Source: Gemmatimonadota bacterium (GTDB lineage Bacteria > Gemmatimonadota > Gemmatimonadetes > Gemmatimonadales > GWC2-71-9). Taken from it: DNA of 52,135 bases. The stretch lies in assembly GCA_003221045.1 (NCBI GenBank), contig QHUC01000183.1, positions 1 to 52,135 of the forward strand, given 5' to 3'. Below are positions 20,176-28,245 of this stretch, piece after piece. How positions within the stretch are numbered: position 1 is the stretch's first letter; every line of letters begins with the position of its first letter. Under the pieces are notes generated by a model, which searched no databases, was not told the DNA's origin, and saw only the letters and a program-made list of their open reading frames with translations. Position numbers and translations under genes: made by a program.

Positions 20176-21040
20176 GCTGTCGGTTGCGGCGGCCGGCATC
20201 GGGCTCGGGCTCGGCCTGGGGCGCGCCGCTGAGCCGCAGGCGCCGAACTACCGCGTGACCTACCACCTCAGGGCGGTGGAGCGCGCCGGGGGCGTGGTGG
20301 GCGTGCTCGCAACGGCCGTCGTGAGCGGTCCTCCGGAAACCGACCTCCGACTGTCGTTGCAGACGGGCCGAACCGAGCTCGAGGGCCTGCTCGGGACGCT
20401 GCCGGAGCCGGACACCGTCAATCTTGCGGGTGTGTTCTTCGCCCGACGCCAGGCCGGCCGCTCGCGTCGCGGCCTGCCTCTATGGGAGGAAGACACCTAC
20501 CGGCGATGGACGCGGGTCCCTTGGGGAGGAACGGCTCGGCTGTACCCCTTCGGGCCGGCGAGCGTCAATCAAGGGCACGTGGTGTGGGTGGAGGTCACGG
20601 TGAGCCGCGAGTTCGCCGCCGGGGAGACCCGGGCGAGTGAAGAGACGACCATCGTCGACAGCACGGTCGCGTTCGAAGCGCGCGCGGTGGTCCCGCCGCG
20701 TCGCGTCACGGTCCGAATGAGCCTCGTGCGGGGCGACACCGCGTCGAGCCCGCGCGTGGTGGACCTCGTTCCCGAAACCACCGGCCGCCGGGTCCGCTTC
20801 ACGCTCGGCGGCGAGACCTTCGACTTCGACGTGACGCTGGAGCGTCCCGACCCGCCCCGGACCGGCCGCGACAGCGCCCTGGCGGTCGGCGTGGACATGG
20901 TCTGCCTCCGGCTGGTCGTGCCCGGTGCGGCGGAGCCCGCCCGGCTCCGTTGCGGTCGGCCCGACAACATCGCCCGCCGCGTCGCCCTCACGGGCGGCGA
21001 TACCCTCGTGGCTACGTTCGCCTGGCCCGCCGTGCGCTGA
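20153..21040 (+). CDS. hypothetical exported protein
   Basis: The GTG start overlaps the previous gene by 23 nt. Signal-peptide-like RSSWRSRLSVAAAGIGLGLGLGRAAEP. I recognise no motif. Confidence 0.5.
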   Translation: MRSSWRSRLSVAAAGIGLGLGLGRAAEPQAPNYRVTYHLRAVERAGGVVGVLATAVVSGPPETDLRLSLQTGRTELEGLLGTLPEPDTVNLAGVFFARRQAGRSRRGLPLWEEDTYRRWTRVPWGGTARLYPFGPASVNQGHVVWVEVTVSREFAAGETRASEETTIVDSTVAFEARAVVPPRRVTVRMSLVRGDTASSPRVVDLVPETTGRRVRFTLGGETFDFDVTLERPDPPRTGRDSALAVGVDMVCLRLVVPGAAEPARLRCGRPDNIARRVALTGGDTLVATFAWPAVR

Positions 21041-21056
21041 GCGGTATTATCCACCG

Positions 21057-22115
21057 ATGCTGCGAAAGCCGCGCCTCGACCCCTCGATTTTCCATCTTCC
21101 GGTCGAACGGATGCGGGAGGGCTATTACTCCGATAAGTACTTCGTGCGCACCCGTGAGCTGCTGCTCAAGGATAAGCATCGGCCCTGCGTCACCATGCAG
21201 GTCTTCGGCAAGGCCCATGCGTTCCTCGGAGGGATCGACGAGGCGATCGCCATCCTCAAGCTCTGCAGCATGGAATGGCCGGAGCTCGAGGTACGCGCGC
21301 TGTACGACGGCGACGAAATCGAGCCGTGGGAGACGGTACTGCTGATCGAAGGTCCGTACGACGCCTTCGCCCCCCTAGAGACGCTCTACCTCGGCGTGCT
21401 CGCCCGGCGCACGAAGGTCGGCACGAATACCCGCCGCGTGGTGGAAGCCGCGAGCCCCAAGCAGGTGATGTTCTTCCCAGCCCGGCACGACCATTGGCTC
21501 GTGCAAACCGGAGACGGGTATGCCGCCCACATCGCCGGTGCGATCGGTGTGTCGACTGACGCACAAGCGTCCTGGTGGGGCTCCGAGGGCGTGGGCACCG
21601 TTCCCCACGCGCTCATCGCCGCCTATGGTGGCGACACCGTCCTCGCGTCGCAAAAATTCGCCGACCTGAGCGACCCCGGCGTCCGGCTCATCACGCTGGT
21701 CGACTTCGACAACGATTGCGTGGGAACCTCCCTCAAGGTTGCGCGCGCCCTGGGCCGGCGGCTTTGGGGCGTCCGGATCGACACGTCGGAGACGCTGGTG
21801 GACAAATCGGTCGTCCCCCAGATGGGCACGTTCAAGCCCACCGGCGTGACCCCGCAGCTCGTATGGAACGTGCGCCGGGCCCTCGACAAGGAAGGTTTCC
21901 AACACGTGAAGATCGTCGTATCCGGCGGCTTCACCGTCGAGAAGATCCGGAGCTTCGAGGAGGAAGGCGTGCCGGTCGACATGTACGGCGTCGGCTCGAG
22001 TCTGTTCCAGGGGCGTTTCGACTTCACGGCGGACGTGGTGCGCGTGGAGGGAAAGGCGGTGGCCAAGGTGGGTCGATCGTATCGGCCCAATCCACGGTTG
22101 GAGCGAGTCGAATAG
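21057..22115 (+). CDS. nicotinate phosphoribosyltransferase family protein (type II PRTase)
   Basis: In-frame ATG at 21057 (MLRKPRLDPSIFHLPVERMREGYYSDKYFVRT...). Overall pattern of COG1488-type NAPRTases. Confidence 0.65.
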   Translation: MLRKPRLDPSIFHLPVERMREGYYSDKYFVRTRELLLKDKHRPCVTMQVFGKAHAFLGGIDEAIAILKLCSMEWPELEVRALYDGDEIEPWETVLLIEGPYDAFAPLETLYLGVLARRTKVGTNTRRVVEAASPKQVMFFPARHDHWLVQTGDGYAAHIAGAIGVSTDAQASWWGSEGVGTVPHALIAAYGGDTVLASQKFADLSDPGVRLITLVDFDNDCVGTSLKVARALGRRLWGVRIDTSETLVDKSVVPQMGTFKPTGVTPQLVWNVRRALDKEGFQHVKIVVSGGFTVEKIRSFEEEGVPVDMYGVGSSLFQGRFDFTADVVRVEGKAVAKVGRSYRPNPRLERVE

Positions 22116-22125
22116 GTGGGTTGGG

Positions 22126-22151
22126 TAGGGGCGCAGCATGCTGCGCCCCTA
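22126..22151. terminator. perfect 26-nt palindrome between convergent genes
   Basis: TAGGGGCGCAGCA|TGCTGCGCCCCTA with no mismatch. It lies 11 nt after the + strand stop (22115) and includes the - strand stop codon (22149-22151). Confidence 0.5.
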
Positions 22152-24043
22152 CTGTTTCAGAAACCGATCATACCACGCCAGGTACCGCACCATCCGATCC
22201 CGCCGATAAGTCGGCTTATTGATCCCGTGATGCTGTCCCGGGTAGATCACGAGCTGCGTTGCTACGCCGGTGCTGCGCAGCGCCTGATACATCTGCTCCG
22301 AATTCAAGAGCGGAACGTTGAAGTCCTTATCACCGCACAGGAATAGGGTCGGCGTCGCGATCCGATCCGCATGCAGGAACGGGAAGGAGAGCTTGACCCA
22401 GGTGTCAAGAGTCTTCCAGGGGACACCGAGCTCGGCCTCGTACTCGCGCACATACTGGTCCGTGCCGTAGCCGGCCAGGATGTTCGAGATGCCGGCGCCG
22501 CTCACCGCCGCCTTGAAGCGGCGGTCTTGGGCAATGACGTAGTTAGTGAGAATCCCGCCGTAGCTCCAGCCGCCGACGCCCAGCCGGGCGGGGTCGGCCA
22601 CGCCCTGCGCCACGGCGTAGTCGACCGCCGCCAGCACGTCCTGCGCGTCCTTGTTCCCCCAATCGGCGTAAATCGCCGTGGAATAGCGCTCCCCCCGGCC
22701 GGAGCTGCCGCGCGGGTTCCCCACGACCACCACGTAGCCGTGCCCGGCGAGCGTCTGGAGCTGGAAGTCGAACTCGGACTGATACTGCGACACCGGCCCG
22801 CCGTGAATGCGGAGGATGGTCGGATAGCGCTTCCCCGGAACGAAGTCGGCTGGCTTCACCAGAAAGCCGTTGACGGGAGTGCCGTCCCGGCTCTTGAAGC
22901 TGATCTCCCGTCCCGGCCTGCGGCGAACGCACTGACCACCCGGGGCCCCGATACCAGGCGCTCGACCGCGCCACCATTCGCGGGCACCCGTGCGAGCAGG
23001 ACCGTGCGATCGTCTTCGAGCAAGAAATAGAGGGACGAGCCGTCCGCGGACCAGGCGGGGCTCGCCACGCTCCGGTCGAGCGTCGCGGTGAGGATGCGCG
23101 GCGCACCGCCCCCCGCCGGCACGACCGCGAGCTTCTGGACGGCGTAATAAATGAGCTTGAGCGGCCCGCCCTGCAGGTACGCGATCGAGCGACCGTCCGG
23201 GCTCCAGGCCGGCCGGCTCTCGTAGTCGGGGTCGTCATCCGGACCCTCGAACGTCGTCAGCTGCCTCGGCGTCGCGCCCGGCACCGCCTCCATCACGTAC
23301 ACATCCCAGTTGTTGTCCCGGTCGGCGTCGGGGCGTCGCTTGCTCACGAACGCCAGCGACTTCCCGTCGGGCGACCAGGCGGGCAGGAGGTCGTCATAAT
23401 CGCCGGGCGTGAGGAGGGTCGCCTTGCCCGTCTCGATGTCGACGACGTAGAGATGGCGCCGCCGCTTGCTCAAATACCCCGACTCGTCCTGCTTGAACTG
23501 GAAACGATCGATCACGATGGGCGCCGGCGTCTTGGGTTTGGCGGTGTCCGGGTCCTCGGCCACGAGCGCCACCCGGTGCCCGTCGGGCGCCCAGACGTAA
23601 TCGTCCACGTCGCTCTGGAGCGTCGTGACCTTCCGTCCTTCGCCACCCCGGCGGTCGAGCAGCCAGAGCTGAGTGTGCTCGTCATCGCGGCTGGAGAGGA
23701 ACGCCAGCCAGCGCCCGTCGGGGCTCCAGCTGGGAGCGCTCTCGCCTTGTTTCGAATTGGTGAGACGGACCGTGCGGGTCCCGTCCCAGCTGGTCATCCA
23801 CACGGCGTGGTGGTTCTGGTCCTCGGCCGTGTCGGCGCTCGAGACCGTGTACGCCACCCAGTCGCCCTCAGGTGAAATCCGGGGCTCGCTCACGTCGCGC
23901 AGGCGGAGCACGTCATCTGGCGTGAACGGCCGGGCGCTTGGCGGCGAGGCGGAGGGGGCGGGGGGGGCGGGCGCCGGCGCCTGCGCACCCAGGCGCGGGG
24001 CGAGTGCCAGCCCGAGCGCGACGGCGGCGAGCGGACGAACCAT
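22149..24043 (-). pseudogene. S9 family serine peptidase (prolyl oligopeptidase / acylaminoacyl-peptidase type) split by a frameshift
   Basis: ORF 22856-24043 holds a signal peptide plus a PD40 beta-propeller. ORF 22149-22859 holds the alpha/beta-hydrolase domain (GGWSYGG, GDKDFNVP, YPGQHHG). The C-terminal frame stays protein-like upstream of its GTG (EISFKSRDGTPVNGFLVKPADF). The frames switch at about 22905-22912, and one extra G would fuse ...FAAGRDG to EISFKS. Confidence 0.75.
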
Positions 24044-24133
24044 ACAATCGCTCCCGAGAGATCGAGGGCGGGAAGGCTACGCACATCGGCGCGCGGCCGC
24101 CAGCGGCCGCGGCTCTTGCACTCCGAGTCGCTC

Positions 24134-24171
24134 GTGAATATTCTTCCGTTTCGATGAATATTAATTCACGC
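24134..24171. promoter_or_regulatory. ARG-box-like operator pair overlapping the argC start codon
   Basis: AT-rich island in GC-rich DNA. TGAATATTAATTCA (24155-24168) is a perfect TGAAT-N4-ATTCA palindrome. A half-degenerate copy TGAATATTCTTCCG starts 20 bp upstream (24135). Confidence 0.6.
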
Positions 24172-25113
24172 GTCCCGGTCGGCGTGCTCGGGGCCTCAGG
24201 GTACGTCGGTGAGGAGTTGTTGCGCCTGCTCACCCGCCATCCCGGGGCCTCGGTCGTGTTCGCCACCGCCGAGTCATCCGCCGGGGAGCGCCGCGAGGGC
24301 GTCGACCTCGTCCGCATCGCCGACGCGCCGTTCCCGCGGGCCGAGATCGTGCTGTCGGCGCTGCCCCATGGGGTGTCGGCTCGGTACGTAAACGAGGCGC
24401 GCGCCGCCGGCAAACGCACGGTGGACCTGTCGGCCGACTTCCGGCTGTCGCCCGAGGCGGTGTACGGGCTGACGGAGGTGACCCGCCCTCGCGTTGCGGC
24501 TGCGGAGCTCGTCGCGAACCCCGGCTGCTATCCGACGGCCGCCCTGCTGGCGCTGCTGCCGCTCGCACAACGCGGGCTGATCGATCAGTCGCGCGAAGTC
24601 GTGATCGACGCGGCCTCGGGCGTCACCGGCGCTGGCCGGACCCCGAAGCAGGAGCTCCTGTTTGGTGAGGTGGCCGAGGACTTCCGTGCTTACGCCGTCG
24701 GCAACGAGCATCGCCAGCTCCCGGAGCTCCTGACCACGCTCGCGCGGGAAGGTGGCTTCGCTGGAGACCTGGTCTTCACGCCCCACTTGTTGCCGGTCAA
24801 GCGAGGCATCCTGGAGACGATCCACGTTCCACTCACCCGCCTGCTCGATCGCGCCACGGCCGAGGGGATCTACGAGTCCGTGTACCACGACGAGCCCTGC
24901 GTGATGGTGATGCACGGCGGGCTGCCCTCGCTCAAGGACGTCGTGCACCGGAACCGCGTCGCGATCGGGGTCGCGGCCGTTGCGAACGTGCGACGGCCGC
25001 GGCTCACGCTGATCACCGCGATCGACAATCTGGTGAAGGGCGCCGCAGGACAGGCGGTCCAGAACATGAACGTGATGCTCGGCCTCGCCGAAACCACGGG
25101 GCTCGTATGCTGA
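24154..25113 (+). CDS. argC: N-acetyl-gamma-glutamyl-phosphate reductase
   Basis: In-frame ATG at 24154. Motifs: VGVLGASGYVGEELLRLL, catalytic NPGCYPT, IDNLVKGAAGQAVQNMN. Confidence 0.93.
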   Translation: MNINSRVPVGVLGASGYVGEELLRLLTRHPGASVVFATAESSAGERREGVDLVRIADAPFPRAEIVLSALPHGVSARYVNEARAAGKRTVDLSADFRLSPEAVYGLTEVTRPRVAAAELVANPGCYPTAALLALLPLAQRGLIDQSREVVIDAASGVTGAGRTPKQELLFGEVAEDFRAYAVGNEHRQLPELLTTLAREGGFAGDLVFTPHLLPVKRGILETIHVPLTRLLDRATAEGIYESVYHDEPCVMVMHGGLPSLKDVVHRNRVAIGVAAVANVRRPRLTLITAIDNLVKGAAGQAVQNMNVMLGLAETTGLVC

Positions 25114-25886
25114 GCGTCCGCGTCGTCAAGCTCGGCGGCAACGAGCTCGATCGCCCGGCGTGGCTCGAGGCGTGTGCCCGTGGCCTGCTACCGCTCGACC
25201 CGGTCGTGGTGGTCCATGGCGGCGGGCGCGCGGTGAGCGCCTGGTCCGAGCGACTGGGTCTGCCGGTTGGAAAGCGGGACGGGCTGCGGGTGACCACGCT
25301 GGCCGTGGCGGAGGTCGTCGAGCTCGTGCTGGGAGGCCCGGTGAATCGTCGCGTCGTGGCCGCGCTACGCGGGGCCGGACTCGACGCGGTCGGGCTCTCG
25401 GGCGTGGACGGCGGTCTGCTCACCGCTCGGCCAGTGAGGGAGGCGGGGAGGGCGGTCCTCGGACACGTCGGCACGATCGCTCAGGTACGCGGCGCGCTGC
25501 TCGAGAGTTTTCTGCTCGCCGGGCTCACGCCGGTGATCGCTCCCATGGCTCCCGAAGGTGGAAACGGCTCGGCCACGCCGCTCAACGTGAACGCCGATGA
25601 GGCGGCGGCCGCGATCGCCGGGGCGTTGCGCGCCACCGAGCTGCTGCTCGTCTCGGACGTGCCGGGCGTGCAAGTCGACGGCCTCGTGCAGCCGGTCCTC
25701 GACGGGGCGGACGTTGATTCGCTCATCGAGGGGGGTGAGGCGTCGGACGGCATGGCCGTGAAGCTACGGGCGGCCGCCGCGGCGCTCAGGGCAGGAGCAC
25801 GGGCCGTCCGGATCGGTGACCTCCGTCTCCTCGACGACGCTCGGGCGGGGACGCGCATTCTCGCCACCACGGCCCAACCCGCGTGA
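25107..25886 (+). CDS. argB: acetylglutamate kinase
   Basis: ATGCTGA overlap with argC. Motifs: VVKLGGNEL, VVVHGGG, NVNADEAAAAIA. Confidence 0.88.
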   Translation: MLSVRVVKLGGNELDRPAWLEACARGLLPLDPVVVVHGGGRAVSAWSERLGLPVGKRDGLRVTTLAVAEVVELVLGGPVNRRVVAALRGAGLDAVGLSGVDGGLLTARPVREAGRAVLGHVGTIAQVRGALLESFLLAGLTPVIAPMAPEGGNGSATPLNVNADEAAAAIAGALRATELLLVSDVPGVQVDGLVQPVLDGADVDSLIEGGEASDGMAVKLRAAAAALRAGARAVRIGDLRLLDDARAGTRILATTAQPA

Positions 25887-27058
25887 CCGCCACACCCACG
25901 ACGTCGGCCGTTCCAACGCCGGCGCTGCTCGATGTCTATGCCCGCGTCGGACCCCTGATGGTGAGTGGCCGGGGCGCGGAGCTCGTGGCCGATGATGGGA
26001 CGCGCTACCTCGACTTCGTGGCCGGGATCGGCGTGAACGCCCTGGGCTACGATCATCCCGTCATCCGAGGTGCCATAGAGCGGGCGCTGGCCGACGGGCT
26101 GATTCACGTTTCCAATCTCTATCGGACGGAACCCGGAGAGCGCCTCGCCGAGGAGCTGGTGGCGCGCTCGTTCGCGGACCGCGCGTTCTTCTGCAACTCT
26201 GGGGCTGAGGCGAACGAGGCTGCGTTCAAGTTCGCCCGGAAGTGGTCGGGCAAGAGCGAAATCGTGGCGTTCTCAGGGTCCTTCCATGGACGTCTGTTCG
26301 CGACGCTCGCCGCCACCGACCGCCCGGACTATCGAAAGCCCTTCGAGCCGCTCGTGCCCGGTATCCGCATTGTGCCACGAGAGGAATGGGCGGCCGTGGA
26401 TCGCGCCGTGTCGGCATCCCGTACAGCGGCGGTCATCGTGGAGCCGGTGCAGGGTGAGGGCGGGGTCCGGCCACTGGATGCGGAGTGGCTGGGATTCGTG
26501 CGCGAGTTGTGCGACTCGCGCGGCGTGGCGGTGATTTTCGACGAGGTACAGTGCGGCCTCGGGCGGACCGGGACGTTGTTCGCCTACGAGCAGACGGGCG
26601 TCGTACCCGATATCCTGACGCTGGCGAAACCTCTCGCGGGCGGCCTGCCGATGGGCGCGGCGCTCGTGACGAGCGCGGTGGCCGCGGCGCTCAAGCCGGG
26701 CGATCACGCCACCACGTTCGGTGGCGGGCCGCTCGTGGCGAGCGTGGCGCTCGACGTCGTTCGGACCATCGCCGATCCGGCTTTGCTCGCCGACGTCCGG
26801 CGCAAGGGCGAGTGGATGGGCGCCCGGCTCGAGCGGCTGGCCAGTGTCATCTCGCGCGTCAAGGCCGTGCGGGGCCGCGGGCTCCTATGGGGCATTGAGC
26901 TGTCCGAGCCGGCGGCGCCGTTCGTCGCCGCGGCTCGCGAGCGCGGCTTGCTCGTGCTCACCGCGGGGCCCGACGTGATCCGCTTGATCCCGCCGCTCGT
27001 GATCACGGACCCAGAGCTGGAGCGGGGGGTCGCGATGCTCGAGGAAGTGCTAGCGTGA
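25883..27058 (+). CDS. argD: acetylornithine aminotransferase (class III)
   Basis: GTGA overlap with argB. Motifs: FCNSGAEANEAAFKFAR, IFDEVQCGLGRTG, TLAKPLAGG (PLP Lys). Confidence 0.9.
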   Translation: MTATPTTSAVPTPALLDVYARVGPLMVSGRGAELVADDGTRYLDFVAGIGVNALGYDHPVIRGAIERALADGLIHVSNLYRTEPGERLAEELVARSFADRAFFCNSGAEANEAAFKFARKWSGKSEIVAFSGSFHGRLFATLAATDRPDYRKPFEPLVPGIRIVPREEWAAVDRAVSASRTAAVIVEPVQGEGGVRPLDAEWLGFVRELCDSRGVAVIFDEVQCGLGRTGTLFAYEQTGVVPDILTLAKPLAGGLPMGAALVTSAVAAALKPGDHATTFGGGPLVASVALDVVRTIADPALLADVRRKGEWMGARLERLASVISRVKAVRGRGLLWGIELSEPAAPFVAAARERGLLVLTAGPDVIRLIPPLVITDPELERGVAMLEEVLA

Positions 27059-27627
27059 ACGCACGGCCGATTTTCGGGGAGCAGGGAGCGGGGAGCGGTA
27101 CCCTCCCAGGCAAGCCGAGTCTCCGCATCGCACCGGAGGGAACCGCTCCCCGCTCCCCGCTCCCGGGCGCCGCGCTGCGGCCGGCGGTCCTCGCAGACGT
27201 TGCGAGCCTCGAGCGGCTCATGTCTCCCTTCGTCGCCACCGGCGACCTCCTGCCAAGGAGTAACTACGACCTGTGCCGGCACATCAAGGAATACGTAGTG
27301 GCGGAGGCGTCTCCCGGTGGCGAGATCGTCGCGTGCGGTTCGGTCAAGATCTATTCCCAGCACCTGGGGGAAGTCGCGGGACTCGCGGTCAAGCCCGAAT
27401 GGCAGGGGGCGGGACTCGGCCGCGCGCTGCTCGAGGCGCTCATCCTCGAGGCCCGCGCGCACGGCCTCAACGAGGTCCTCGCCCTGACGCGCAAACCTGC
27501 GTTCTTCGTCAAGCTTGGCTTCGCGCCCGCCGAGCGAGAGCACTTTCCACTGAAGGTGTGGGCGGACTGCAACAAGTGCCCGAGACAGAACTGCTGCGAT
27601 GAGGTCGCGGTCATCCTCAGGTTGTAG
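27055..27627 (+). CDS. argA: GNAT acetyltransferase, short N-acetylglutamate synthase type
   Basis: GNAT core VACGSVKIYSQHLGEVAGLAVKPEWQGAGLGRALLEA, in the position of the short single-domain NAGS of actinobacterial arg operons. The start is uncertain: the first ~40 codons are encoded by a palindromic element, and no canonical start lies between it and the conserved LRPAVLADV strand. Confidence 0.65.
   Translation: MNARPIFGEQGAGSGTLPGKPSLRIAPEGTAPRSPLPGAALRPAVLADVASLERLMSPFVATGDLLPRSNYDLCRHIKEYVVAEASPGGEIVACGSVKIYSQHLGEVAGLAVKPEWQGAGLGRALLEALILEARAHGLNEVLALTRKPAFFVKLGFAPAEREHFPLKVWADCNKCPRQNCCDEVAVILRL
27077..27164. repeat. 30-bp-arm inverted repeat built from (GGGAGCG)n / (CGCTCCC)n heptads
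   Basis: Arms 27077-27106 and 27135-27164 pair with 2 mismatches; 28-nt loop. The 21-mer ACCGCTCCCCGCTCCCCGCTC (27142-27162) recurs exactly at 43651-43671. Confidence 0.85.
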
Positions 27628-27651
27628 GACAGGCCTTCGTAAACCCTCGCT

Positions 27652-27689
27652 TCTGTTCACCGCTGTGCGTCTACGCGTCTGTGCGTCTA
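27652..27689. repeat. intergenic repeat copy A (TCTGTTCACCGCTGTGCGTCTACGCGTCT + second CTGTGCGTCTA)
   Basis: 27/29 identical to 48150-48178. Contains the internal direct repeat CTGTGCGTCTA x2 (starts 27663 and 27679). Confidence 0.8.
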
Positions 27690-27738
27690 ATGGTTTACCT
27701 GTTGACACGCTCCTGTATCCTCCGAGAGATTCCCCGCC

Positions 27739-28245
27739 ATGCCCCGCATCATCTTCTGGGACGTCGACACCCAGTACGATTTCATGCACGCCGACGGGAA
27801 GCTGTACGTCCCCGAGGCGGAACGCATCGTCGGTAACCTGAAGCGGCTCACGGACTACGCGCACGCGCACGGCATCCGGATCGTGGCGAGCGCCGACGAC
27901 CATGTGACCGCGCACCCTGAGATCTCAGACGCCCCCGACTGGGCCACCACGTTCCCGCCTCACTGTAACCCGAACGTCGGGGTGGTCCTCGACGTGCTCG
28001 CACCGGATGATATCGTCTTGTACGGCGTGGCGACGGACGTGTGTGACAAGGCCGCGGTCGAAGGCCTACTTGAGCGACGGCCGCGCACCAGACTCTTCGT
28101 CGTGACGGACGCGGTGAGGGGGATCGACAAGGACGTCTCGGAGCAGCTGCTCAAGGATTGGGGGGACGAAGGCGTCCGGCTCGTGAGGACGAAGGAAGTG
28201 GTCGAGGAGGGGCTCGTCGAAGAGCTCGCCCGCGCCACCGCATGA
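27739..28245 (+). CDS. isochorismatase/nicotinamidase-family cysteine hydrolase (shortened)
   Basis: Motifs: IIFWDVDTQYDF (Asp), PPHC, GVATDVCD (Cys). Only 168 aa; the segment that normally carries the catalytic Lys appears to be absent. Confidence 0.65.
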   Translation: MPRIIFWDVDTQYDFMHADGKLYVPEAERIVGNLKRLTDYAHAHGIRIVASADDHVTAHPEISDAPDWATTFPPHCNPNVGVVLDVLAPDDIVLYGVATDVCDKAAVEGLLERRPRTRLFVVTDAVRGIDKDVSEQLLKDWGDEGVRLVRTKEVVEEGLVEELARATA

